64,000 nucleotides of DNA, taken from positions 8,575 through 72,574 of the forward strand of contig JAWOBB010000064.1 in NCBI GenBank assembly GCA_046498265.1, given 5' to 3'. Made by a program: the position numbers and the translations under genes. This document shows positions 47,908 to 57,040 of this stretch, piece after piece. Positions within the stretch are counted from its first letter, which is position 1, and each line of letters starts with the position of its first letter. The DNA comes from Dehalococcoidia bacterium (GTDB taxonomy: Bacteria > Chloroflexota > Dehalococcoidia > SZUA-161 > SpSt-899). The notes under the pieces are model-generated. The model saw nothing but the letters and a program-made list of their open reading frames with translations. It did no database searches and had not been told where the DNA came from.

Positions 47908-49194
47908 TCAGATCCCCAGCCTTGCGAAGATGGCATCGATGTGCTTGAGGTAAAAATCGTAATCGAAAAGCCCTTCCAGTTCCTGGCGGGGAATGGGCAT
48001 GTCGGGGTCCGCCAGCAGCAGGTCGAAGAATTGCCCCCCCTCTTTCCAGCATTGCATGGCGTTCCGTTGCACGACCTTGTAGGCATCCTCCCGGCTCAAG
48101 CCCTTTTCCTCGATCAGCACCGTCAGCACTCGCTGGGAGAAGGTGAGCCCTCTGGTGACTCCCAGATTCCGGCGCATGTTTTCCGGGTAGATGTTCAAAT
48201 CGCGCATTACGTAGGTGAAGATGCTGAGGGTGTAATCGAGGGCCAGGCAGGGATCGGGCAGAATGATGCGTTCGTTCGAGGAATGGCTGATGTCCCGCTC
48301 GTGCCAGAGGGCGATATTCTCCATCGAGGTGAGGGCATGTCCGCGAATGAGCCGCGCCAGCCCGCAAACGCGCTCGCACAGTTCCGGGTTGCGCTTGTGC
48401 GGCATGGCCGATGACCCGGTCTGGCCTTCCTCGAACGGCTCCTCAGCTTCCAGAATCTCGGTCCTTTGCAGTCCCCGAATCTCGGTGGCGAATTTTTCCA
48501 TAGAGCTGGCGATCAATGCCAGGGTGGTGATGAACTGGGCGTGCCGGTCCCGCTGGATGATCTGGCTGGAAACTTTGGCGACCTCAAGCCCCAGCTTTCG
48601 GCAGGCAATCTCTTCGACTTCCGGCGGCACCGTGGCATGGCTTCCCACCGCGCCGGAGATCTTGCCTGTCGAAATGATGCGTTTGGCTTCGGCCAGCCGC
48701 TCCTGGTGCCGTTTGAGCTCCTCGTACCACAGGGCCATTTTCAGCCCGAAGGTGATGGGCTCGGCATGAACGCCGTGGGTTCGCCCCATCATGATGGTGT
48801 GTTTGTGCTCGCCAGCCTTTTGCCGGATGACCGATGTCAGCTCATCCAGCCCTTTCTGCAGGAGGGTGGAAGCCTCCTGCAGTTGCAGGCTGGTGGCGGT
48901 GTCGATGACATCCGAGGAGGTCATTCCCAGGTGAATCCAGCGCGCTTCCTCGCTGAGGCTTTCGGAGACAGCCTTGAGGAAGGCGGTCACATCATGATGG
49001 GTGATGACCAGTATTTCGTTCATGCGGTCGAGATTGCAGGTGGCCTTCTTGAGCCTGTGGATATCCTCGGCGGGGATCACGCCGATCTCGCTCCAAGCTT
49101 CGCAGGCGGCGATCTCCACCTCGAGCCACTTGGCGAATTTGTTTTCATCCGACCAGATGTACTTCATTTCCGGCCGGGAGTAACGTTCGATCAT
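47908..49194 (-). CDS. purB: Adenylosuccinate lyase
   Basis: 428 aa. MIERYSRPEM..W is the typical PurB start. The fumarate-lyase signature is GSSAMPHKRNP. Confidence 0.95.
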   Translation of the reverse strand: MIERYSRPEMKYIWSDENKFAKWLEVEIAACEAWSEIGVIPAEDIHRLKKATCNLDRMNEILVITHHDVTAFLKAVSESLSEEARWIHLGMTSSDVIDTATSLQLQEASTLLQKGLDELTSVIRQKAGEHKHTIMMGRTHGVHAEPITFGLKMALWYEELKRHQERLAEAKRIISTGKISGAVGSHATVPPEVEEIACRKLGLEVAKVSSQIIQRDRHAQFITTLALIASSMEKFATEIRGLQRTEILEAEEPFEEGQTGSSAMPHKRNPELCERVCGLARLIRGHALTSMENIALWHERDISHSSNERIILPDPCLALDYTLSIFTYVMRDLNIYPENMRRNLGVTRGLTFSQRVLTVLIEEKGLSREDAYKVVQRNAMQCWKEGGQFFDLLLADPDMPIPRQELEGLFDYDFYLKHIDAIFARLGI

Positions 49195-49198
49195 AGAT

Positions 49199-49657
49199 TT
49201 ATCCCTTTATCTGTTCCTGGCGATAAATATCGTAAGCGTTTTTGATATTTTCGTATTTGAGTCCCAGGATTTGAGCTGCCAGGAAGGCGGCATTCTTAGC
49301 GCCGGCCGAGCCGATGGCCACGCAGGCCACCGGTATTCCGGGCGGCATCTGGACGATGGAGAGCAGGGCATCGATTCCTTTTAACTCGCCGGCTTCGAGC
49401 GGCACCCCGATCACCGGCAGGGTGCTCCAGCTTGCCAGGACTCCGGGCAGGTGGGCCGCCATGCCGGCTCCGGCAATAATCACTTCGACCCCGCGCTCCC
49501 GGGCAGATTGAGCGTATTCCTGTGCCTTTTTGGGGGTGCGGTGGGCGGAGATAGTATTTACTTCATGTTCGATGCCGAGCTGCCCCAGAACATCCAGCGC
49601 TGGCTGCATTCTTTCTGTATCGGATTTCGATCCCATGACGACGCCGACCAGTGGCAT
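49199..49657 (-). CDS. purE: N5-carboxyaminoimidazole ribonucleotide mutase
   Basis: 152 aa with VGVVMGSKSD, ISAHRTP and AGMAAHLPGV. Confidence 0.9.
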   Translation of the reverse strand: MPLVGVVMGSKSDTERMQPALDVLGQLGIEHEVNTISAHRTPKKAQEYAQSARERGVEVIIAGAGMAAHLPGVLASWSTLPVIGVPLEAGELKGIDALLSIVQMPPGIPVACVAIGSAGAKNAAFLAAQILGLKYENIKNAYDIYRQEQIKG

Positions 49658-49667
49658 TTGCTTCTCC

Positions 49668-50936
49668 TTATTGAGGATTATTTATGATAGCAATATCCCG
49701 GCGGTACCAGCAACCCTCGAAGCTGATGCGGGAGATATTTTGATAGACCTTCTGGCGGGCTGCCGAATAGTCTTTACCCCTGGCCACGACGGTAAGCACC
49801 CGCCCGCCGGAGGTGATGATTTCACCTTTCTCGTTGTGAGCGGTCCCGGCGTGGAAAACCATCACGCCGCTGTCAATACCTTCCAGTCCGCCGACGGGGA
49901 AGCCCTTGCGATAGCTTTCCGGGTATCCCTCGGAAGCCAGCACCACCCCCACGCAGGCCTCATCGCTCCATTCGATAACGATGTCCGCCAGCCTTTCCTC
50001 GATGATCGCCTGCATGATATCCACCAGGTCGGTCTTCAGCAGGGGCAGGATCACCTGCGTTTCCGGGTCGCCGAATCGGGCGTTGAATTCCAGCACCTTG
50101 GGGCCTTCGTCCGTCATCATCAGCCCGGCGTAAAGAACGCCTTTGTAGGGGTATCCTTCCTCAGCCATCGCCCGGATGGTTGGTTTCATCACGGTTTCCA
50201 TCACCTGCTCCTGCAACTCGGGGGTGAAAAACTCCGATGGGCTGTAGCAGCCCATCCCGCCGGTGTTGAGGCCTTTGTCCCCGTCGAGGGCGCGTTTGTA
50301 GTCGCAGGCCGAAACCATGGGAATAACGGTTTCCCCGTCGGTGAAGGCAAGCAGACTGGTTTCCCTGCCTGCCAGGCATTCCTCCACGAGTACTTTTTCC
50401 CCGGCTGAGCCGAAGACCTTTTTCCGCATGATGTCATCGAGCGCGGCGAGGGCTTCATCATGAGAGGAAGCAATGATGACGCCTTTGCCGGCGGCAAGAC
50501 CATCGGCTTTGATTACCATGGGAAGGGGGTTCTGCTTGACATAAACCACGGCTCTTTCGAATGATGTGAAGGCCTCACTTTTGGCGCAGGGTATACCGTG
50601 CTTATGCATCAGGTCCTTGGCGAAGACCTTGCTGCCCTCGATTTGAGCAGCACCTTTTTGCGGCCCGAAGGCGTCAATGCCAGCCTGGTTGAGGGAATCG
50701 ACCAGGCCTTCGGTCAGCGGGGCTTCGGGACCAACCATAACCAGATCGATGTTGTTTCCCTGCGCCGCCCCGGTTATGGCCGGGATATCGCTGGCTGAAA
50801 CCGGGAGGTTTTGCGCTACCTTGGCTGTGCCAGCATTCCCCGGAGTAACGAAGAGCTTATCCAGTCTGGGGCTTTGCGCTATTTTCCAGGCAAGGGTGTG
50901 TTCCCTGGCCCCGTTGCCTATCACCATGATATTCAC
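49668..50936 (-). CDS. purD: Phosphoribosylamine--glycine ligase
   Basis: 422 aa with a GTG start and GAGGAG SD. MVIGNGAREH, the ATP-grasp core and a C-terminal domain are conserved. Confidence 0.9.
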   Translation of the reverse strand: MNIMVIGNGAREHTLAWKIAQSPRLDKLFVTPGNAGTAKVAQNLPVSASDIPAITGAAQGNNIDLVMVGPEAPLTEGLVDSLNQAGIDAFGPQKGAAQIEGSKVFAKDLMHKHGIPCAKSEAFTSFERAVVYVKQNPLPMVIKADGLAAGKGVIIASSHDEALAALDDIMRKKVFGSAGEKVLVEECLAGRETSLLAFTDGETVIPMVSACDYKRALDGDKGLNTGGMGCYSPSEFFTPELQEQVMETVMKPTIRAMAEEGYPYKGVLYAGLMMTDEGPKVLEFNARFGDPETQVILPLLKTDLVDIMQAIIEERLADIVIEWSDEACVGVVLASEGYPESYRKGFPVGGLEGIDSGVMVFHAGTAHNEKGEIITSGGRVLTVVARGKDYSAARQKVYQNISRISFEGCWYRRDIAIINNPQ

Positions 50937-50978
50937 GGCAAGCTCCTCAGAAAGGTTTGCAGGGGGAATTTAGCGGAT

Positions 50979-51908
50979 TTACCAGCCCGTGCCTCCTCCC
51001 ATATCCATTGACTCGCTCATATCCATGGCCCCTTCAGCTTCAGCAGGCAGTTCTATGGAGACCGATTTGTTGTAGTCTTTGAAGTTCATAGTCATAGACA
51101 TGTCCATATCCATCGAGCCATCTCCTCCAGCCATGCCCATGTCTGCGGCTGTCATTACCATATTCATTTCAATCTCGGCTTTCATGGGGAAGAAGGTATC
51201 CTTGGCATACCACTGGGTTACGGAGAAGTCCTTTACCATATCGGCAAATTCGGATATATCCATGTCTTCCGGCAAAGTGCCGACTCCCATTTCCCCGCCC
51301 ATGCCCGGTTGACTCATCACTGACTCGAACAGCTCACGCATGTCCGGGGTCATTTTGACTTTGTAGCAGCTTTCGCCGTTGACCTTGCCTCCGTCGGAGA
51401 TTTCCAGTTCGGCGGATTCCAGCAGGTCAATTTGTTGGGCGATCATATCCTGCTCGTCCCAGCTGCCCGGCACTTCCATTTTCATCCACCCTTCGGGCAT
51501 TCCCATCATTTCACCCATTTTCATGTACATCACGTCATCGATGAGATACGTTTCCATGTCCATTTCCATCTCCATGTCGCCCAGCTGGCCCATATCGGCA
51601 CCTATGTCCATGTGCATATCCATTTTCATTTTCTGGTTCAGGTTATCCATTGCCCCGTTACCGGCCATAATCATATCCATGCTGATTTCCTGCCCCATGC
51701 TTTTCCCGCTCATATCCATGCTCATTTGCATATCGAACCTGGCTGTTTCGATATCATCATCTGCGGCTACGGCATTTTCGATCAGTTCAGCCTGAGTTAT
51801 GTCGTCGGCGCTCCCATTGCCATCGTCATCCCCGCAGCCAGCGATGCCGATGAGCAATACCAGTATCATCAATAAGGCCAAACCTGCCCCCATTAGTTTC
51901 CTGCCCAT
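50979..51908 (-). CDS. Extremely Met/Asp-rich lipoprotein (LolA-like fold suspected)
   Basis: 309 aa with signal and lipobox IAG|C. By my count about 52 residues are Met. Most occur in MxM/MDM runs, such as FDMQMSMDMSGKSM, KMKMDMHMD, DMEMEMDME and SMDMDMSMTM. Confidence 0.7.
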   Translation of the reverse strand: MGRKLMGAGLALLMILVLLIGIAGCGDDDGNGSADDITQAELIENAVAADDDIETARFDMQMSMDMSGKSMGQEISMDMIMAGNGAMDNLNQKMKMDMHMDIGADMGQLGDMEMEMDMETYLIDDVMYMKMGEMMGMPEGWMKMEVPGSWDEQDMIAQQIDLLESAELEISDGGKVNGESCYKVKMTPDMRELFESVMSQPGMGGEMGVGTLPEDMDISEFADMVKDFSVTQWYAKDTFFPMKAEIEMNMVMTAADMGMAGGDGSMDMDMSMTMNFKDYNKSVSIELPAEAEGAMDMSESMDMGGGTGW

Positions 51909-51924
51909 TTCTTCCTCCTTTTGT

Positions 51925-53493
51925 TTATTCCCATTCTATAGTGGCGGGCGGCTTCGATGAGATATCGTAGACCACCCGGTTGACGCCTTCAACTTCGTTG
52001 ACGATTCGGTTGGATATGGTTGCCAGAACTTCGTAAGGAAGCCGTGCCCAGTCGGCGGTCATGGCATCCTCCGAGGTTACCGCCCGGATGGCAACCACGT
52101 AGTTGTAGGTTCGATAGTCCCCCATCACCCCCACGCTTTTCAGGGGGGTTAGGACCGCAAAGCTCTGCCAGAGCTGCCGGTATAGGTTGGCTCGCTTGAT
52201 TTCCTGCATCACGATCCAGTCAGAGGCGCGCAGCATCTCCAGCCTTTCCCTCGTAATCTCCCCGATTATACGAATTGCCAGCCCGGGGCCGGGGAAGGGC
52301 TGCCTCCAGACCATCTCCTCCGGGAGGCCTAAGGCGGCCCCCACTTCCCTTACCTCGTCTTTGAAGAGGTATCGCAGCGGCTCTATGAGTTTGAGGTTCA
52401 TCACATCGGGCAGCCCGCCAACGTTGTGGTGAGTTTTGATGGTGGAAGCTTCCCGGCTGACGGTGGCCGTGCTTTCGATTACATCAGGATAGAGCGTTCC
52501 CTGAGCCAGAAAGTCGACTTTCCCGATCTTGCTGGCCTCCTCCTCGAAAACCTGAATGAACTCGTTACCGATGATGCGTCGTTTCTGTTCGGGGTCCACA
52601 ACGCCAGCCAGCCTTTCGAGGAATCGATCCGTGGCATCCACATAGATCCCATTGAGTTTCAGGTTCTTCTTGAAGGTGCGGATGGTGCGCTCGATCTCTT
52701 CCCGCCGCATCAGTCCATTGTTGACATAAATCGCGGTCAGCTGATCCCCGATAGCTTTGTGCAGTAAGGTGGCCACCACGGTCGAATCTACTCCTCCGGA
52801 GAGAGCGCAAATAACCTTGCCCTTGCCCACTTTTCGCCTGATTCTTTCGAGCTGTTGTTTAGCGAAGTTCTTTGGTGTCCAGGTGCCCTGGAAATCGCAT
52901 ATCTTGAATAGAAAGTTGGCCAGTATTTCTTTTCCCTGGGGAGTGTGCACCACCTCGGGATGGAATTGTATGCCGATCATGTTTTGTTCATTGGCGATGG
53001 CAGCTATGGGAGCATTTTCAGTATAGGCAATACTGCTGAATCCTGGTGGCATCTCCAGGATGCGGTCACCGTGGCTCATCCAGACCGGTGTCGCTTCTTC
53101 CAGGCTGGCAAACAGGGGGATATCGGACTCATTTTTGTAGAGCATCGCCAGGCCGTATTCGCGCTTCTCCGCCGGGGCTACCTGCCCGCCGAGCTGGTGG
53201 GTCAATGCCTGCATCCCGTAGCAGATGCCCAGTACGGGTAGTCCGCTCTCATAAACGAAAGTCGGGGCCAGAGGTGCATCGGCGTCGTATACGCTTGCCG
53301 GTCCACCGGAGAGGATGAAGCCCCCGGGATTAAGCTTCTGGACCTTTTTCCAGGAGATGTTATGGGGCACTACTTCGGAGTAAACGCCGCATTCGCGCAC
53401 GCGGCGAGCTATGAGCCAGCTGTACTGAGACCCAAAATCAATAACTACTGCCGCTTCTTCGGCGGCTTTTGGCTTGGGCTGTATTGAGGACAT
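51925..53493 (-). CDS. guaA: GMP synthase (glutamine-hydrolysing)
   Basis: 522 aa with a GATase domain (GICYGMQ, HPEV), the ATP-PPase P-loop ALSGGVDS, and the conserved end PPATIEWE. Confidence 0.95.
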   Translation of the reverse strand: MSSIQPKPKAAEEAAVVIDFGSQYSWLIARRVRECGVYSEVVPHNISWKKVQKLNPGGFILSGGPASVYDADAPLAPTFVYESGLPVLGICYGMQALTHQLGGQVAPAEKREYGLAMLYKNESDIPLFASLEEATPVWMSHGDRILEMPPGFSSIAYTENAPIAAIANEQNMIGIQFHPEVVHTPQGKEILANFLFKICDFQGTWTPKNFAKQQLERIRRKVGKGKVICALSGGVDSTVVATLLHKAIGDQLTAIYVNNGLMRREEIERTIRTFKKNLKLNGIYVDATDRFLERLAGVVDPEQKRRIIGNEFIQVFEEEASKIGKVDFLAQGTLYPDVIESTATVSREASTIKTHHNVGGLPDVMNLKLIEPLRYLFKDEVREVGAALGLPEEMVWRQPFPGPGLAIRIIGEITRERLEMLRASDWIVMQEIKRANLYRQLWQSFAVLTPLKSVGVMGDYRTYNYVVAIRAVTSEDAMTADWARLPYEVLATISNRIVNEVEGVNRVVYDISSKPPATIEWE

Positions 53494-53567
53494 CAGCTAC
53501 TTCCTTGATGTGAATCCAGCTTATCATCATGCTATACTGGAGTCAAGTTCAAAAATGACTTGAAAAA

Positions 53568-54179
53568 ATGGAGCAACAGATACAGCAGGCGATTTTAATT
53601 TTGAAGAATGGAGGTGTTGGTGTTTATCCCACCGATACCCTCTACGGCCTTGGTGCAGATGCCTTCAACGAAGAGGCGGTGGGCCGGATATACCGAATAA
53701 AACAACGTCCTTCCCATCAGCCGCTTTCCCTTCTCCTTGCCGATAAGTCCGAACTGGTCCGCGTGGTTGATGGCTTCCCCGAAATCGCGCGGATTCTGGC
53801 GGAATGCTTCTGGCCCGGCGGTTTGACATTGGTTGTGCCAAGGTTACCATCAATTCCTGACTGGGTGGCCGTCGGCGGTGATACGGTAGCAGTGCGCGTT
53901 CCTGATCATCCGATTACCCTGGAACTGATTCGGGCTCTCGGCTCCCCATTGATCGGGACAAGTGCCAATTTTTCCGGCTTGCCGGGTTGTACGACTGCAG
54001 ATGAAGTTCGGTCCTGCATGGGGGATGAAGTCGATTTCATCCTCGATGGAGGAATTTGCCCCGGCGGTATCGAATCCACAATTGTTGACGTGAGCGGCAA
54101 ATCACCTGTTATCCTGAGGGAAGGCGCAGTTCGTCGGAACGAGATTGATGATTGTCTTAGGCGAAAGATTGAAGACTGA
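53568..54179 (+). CDS. tsaC: L-threonylcarbamoyladenylate synthase (TsaC/YwlC family)
   Basis: 203 aa with VYPTDTLYGLGADA and RIYRIKQRPSHQPLSLL. Confidence 0.85.
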   Translation: MEQQIQQAILILKNGGVGVYPTDTLYGLGADAFNEEAVGRIYRIKQRPSHQPLSLLLADKSELVRVVDGFPEIARILAECFWPGGLTLVVPRLPSIPDWVAVGGDTVAVRVPDHPITLELIRALGSPLIGTSANFSGLPGCTTADEVRSCMGDEVDFILDGGICPGGIESTIVDVSGKSPVILREGAVRRNEIDDCLRRKIED

Positions 54180-54184
54180 AAATT

Positions 54185-55405
54185 ATGCAAAAAATAACCT
54201 TCTGGCGAACGACTTTCAGTTCCCTTGAAAATCATAACTTTCGCTGGTTCTGGTTCAGTGCCACGGCCACGGCTGCTGTATTGCAGATGAATCTGGTTGC
54301 CCGTGGCTTGCTGGTGTGGGAGCTTACCGGCTCCTATGCTGACGTAGGGCTGGTGAGCTTTGCTGCCGGCATTTGCATGTTCCTTTTTTCGTCTTTCGGC
54401 GGGGCCATTGCCGATCGTCTGGACAAACGCAATCTGCTGATTGCCACTCAGGTTTTTACCAGTGCTATCCTCCTGTGGGTGGCGATACTTATACTTCTCG
54501 ATATAATTGAGGTATGGCATCTGGTGATCGCTGCGGTCGGCAATGGTACTATGATGGCTTTTAACCTTCCTGCCCGTCAGTCGGCTGTTCCCCAACTGGT
54601 TGAGCAAAACCAGGTTATGAATGCGGTGGCTCTCAACGCTGGCTCGCAGAATCTGAATCGAGTCCTGGCGCCGGGGGTCGGCGGGCTGGTGATCGGCCTG
54701 CTGGGATTTGCTGAAGCTTATTTTCTGATGACGGCCCTGGCTGTGTTCTCGGCGGTATTTATGATGTTTGTCCGCCCGGTCGGTGTCTCTTCGCTCGATT
54801 CTCGACCCTCGGTTATGAGTAATGTTGTTGAGGGGATAAAGTATGTCCGTCGAACGCCTGTTCTCGGCAGTTTGTTGATGCTCCTGCTAGTGCCGGTAGC
54901 CCTGGGTATGCCTTATATGATGCAGCTTGCTGCTTTTGCCAGTGACGTGCTTGAGGCCAGTGAGGTGAGAGTGGGGGTGCTGTATTCGGCTACTGGCATC
55001 GGTGCTCTAATCGGTTCGATACTGATAGCCACCATGGGCGATTACAAACGAAAAGGAAACCTGCTGCTGGGGACGGGCGTAATGTTCGGCATTTTCCTGG
55101 TGCTGCTTTCATTCTCCAGTGCTTTCTACGTGCCGTTTTTTGTACTCATAGGGGTGGGGATGGCAAATGCTGTCTACCTGATTGCGAATAATACCCTTCT
55201 CCTGACAAGCGCCGAAGATCAGATGCGGGGCCGTGTTATGGGACTCAGCGCGACGATTATAGCCTTTTACCCCATGTCGGTCTGGCCGCTAGGAGAAGCC
55301 ATGGACCGCGTTGACCCGCGTCTGGTATTTGCTGCCTGCGGTGGCCTGATTGGTCTGATTTTCTTCGCTGTTGTGTTGTTGAGGCCCCATATGCGGAAAT
55401 TGTAG
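54185..55405 (+). CDS. MFS transporter
   Basis: 406 aa with about 12 TM segments. The motif GAIADRLDKR lies between TM2 and TM3. Confidence 0.8.
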   Translation: MQKITFWRTTFSSLENHNFRWFWFSATATAAVLQMNLVARGLLVWELTGSYADVGLVSFAAGICMFLFSSFGGAIADRLDKRNLLIATQVFTSAILLWVAILILLDIIEVWHLVIAAVGNGTMMAFNLPARQSAVPQLVEQNQVMNAVALNAGSQNLNRVLAPGVGGLVIGLLGFAEAYFLMTALAVFSAVFMMFVRPVGVSSLDSRPSVMSNVVEGIKYVRRTPVLGSLLMLLLVPVALGMPYMMQLAAFASDVLEASEVRVGVLYSATGIGALIGSILIATMGDYKRKGNLLLGTGVMFGIFLVLLSFSSAFYVPFFVLIGVGMANAVYLIANNTLLLTSAEDQMRGRVMGLSATIIAFYPMSVWPLGEAMDRVDPRLVFAACGGLIGLIFFAVVLLRPHMRKL

Positions 55406-55564
55406 AAAAGGGGAGCTTTGATATAATAAACTACGTTCGGGGGCTGGGTGAAGAAGGGGAAAATATGTTGATTAAAGATGCCGATGAATATTTCTAAATT
55501 CCCCAGTGAACTTTGAGATTAATAATTGAAGATGTCTGGCGATTAGCCCCTAGGAGGTCAAACT

Positions 55565-56002
55565 ATGCGGATTGCCCTTGGTAGCGACCATGCCGGATTC
55601 GATTTGAAAGAAGCGGTCAAAAGATTCCTTGCCGAAAAAGGCCACACTTGCGAAGATTTTGGATGCGATGATACCTCCTCGGTGGACTATCCTGATTTTG
55701 CCTTTGCCGTAGCCGATGCGGTGGCTGAGGGCAGGTGCGAGCGTGGTGTTCTTATCTGCGGCTCGGGAATCGGGATGAGCATGACGGCCAATAAGGTCCG
55801 GGGCATTCGGGCGGCATTGTGTCATGATGTATCGGGCGCGACGATGTGCCGGCAGCATAACGATGCCAATATCCTCTGCCTGGGCGGGCGAGTTACTGAG
55901 GAATCCCTTGCAAAAGAGATCGTCGATGTATTTTTGAACACCGATTTTGAGGGCGGAAGGCATGCCCGTCGCCTGGAGAAGATGCACTCCCGCCGATGTT
56001 GA
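55565..56002 (+). CDS. rpiB: Ribose-5-phosphate isomerase B
   Basis: 145 aa. MRIALGSDHAGFDLKE and LICGSGIGMSMTANK are RpiB/LacAB signatures. Confidence 0.9.
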   Translation: MRIALGSDHAGFDLKEAVKRFLAEKGHTCEDFGCDDTSSVDYPDFAFAVADAVAEGRCERGVLICGSGIGMSMTANKVRGIRAALCHDVSGATMCRQHNDANILCLGGRVTEESLAKEIVDVFLNTDFEGGRHARRLEKMHSRRC

Positions 56003-56006
56003 ATTT

Positions 56007-57032
56007 ATGAATCCGGAAGAGCTTTCTGCAAGATATCAGCCCCAACTGGGCGAAGAACTGCGCTCACAGGTTGGCACCTCCCTGCTGCCAATGTATAACA
56101 TGATGCGTTATCACCTTGGCTGGATCGACGCCGACGGGCAGGTGCGATTGACGAGCGGGGGCAAACTGCTCCGGCCGGGCCTGTGTTTACTCTCCTGTGA
56201 AGCTGTGGGCGGCGACTGGCGAGGAGCCCTCCCGGCGGCAGCCGCCCTGGAGTTGCTGCATAATTTCACCCTCATTCACGATGATATCGAGGACGTTGAC
56301 GTCGAACGGCGTGGGATTCCAACGGTATGGCATGTCTGGGGCCAGGCCCAGGGCATCAATACCGGCGATGCCATGCATGTCCTGGCCCGGCTGGCGCTGC
56401 TGAAGCTGGAAGATGAGCATTTCTCTTCGGGCGCAATACTCAGGGCGGTGCGTACCCTCGATGAGGCCTGCCTTAGGCTGTGCGAAGGGCAGTACCTGGA
56501 TATCTCTTTCGAGGAGCGAGTGGATATAGGGGTTGAGGATTACCTTGAAATGATTGGGGGCAAGACGGCTGCTTTGTTTGCCTGTTCGCTTAAACTGGGG
56601 GCTCTGCTCGGGACGGAGGATGAGCCGACGATCGAGCACCTCGCCGGATTCGGGCACAACCTGGGCATGGCTTTCCAGGTACGCGACGATGTGCTGGGTA
56701 TCTGGGGTGAAGACAGCGTGACCGGCAAGTCGACAGCCGGCGATATAATTAAAAGAAAGAAGACCCTGCCGGTAATCTATGCCCTGCGGGAGGCAGGGCC
56801 GGAAGACAGGGAAGCGCTGCTTTCAATCTATCGACAAAGCGAGATTCTTGATGCGGATATCCCCCGGGTGAGGGGTGTTCTGGATCGAGTCGGTGCCCGC
56901 CGATATGCTGGTGAGATCGTCCGCCAGTATTCCGATACGGCTTTGGCAGAATTGGCAAAAGCAGAAATTGCACCTTCACTAAAAGAGGAATTTATCTCCC
57001 TGTCACAGGCTATGATCGGGCGGGAGTATTAG
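56007..57032 (+). CDS. Polyprenyl diphosphate synthase (trans-IPPS family)
   Basis: The likely start is ATG 56007, 4 nt after the rpiB stop; the track ORF starts at 55947. The first Asp-rich motif is LIHDDIED and the second is FQVRDDVLG. Product chain length cannot be read from the sequence. Confidence 0.8.
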   Translation: MNPEELSARYQPQLGEELRSQVGTSLLPMYNMMRYHLGWIDADGQVRLTSGGKLLRPGLCLLSCEAVGGDWRGALPAAAALELLHNFTLIHDDIEDVDVERRGIPTVWHVWGQAQGINTGDAMHVLARLALLKLEDEHFSSGAILRAVRTLDEACLRLCEGQYLDISFEERVDIGVEDYLEMIGGKTAALFACSLKLGALLGTEDEPTIEHLAGFGHNLGMAFQVRDDVLGIWGEDSVTGKSTAGDIIKRKKTLPVIYALREAGPEDREALLSIYRQSEILDADIPRVRGVLDRVGARRYAGEIVRQYSDTALAELAKAEIAPSLKEEFISLSQAMIGREY

Positions 57033-57040
57033 GGATTGTT

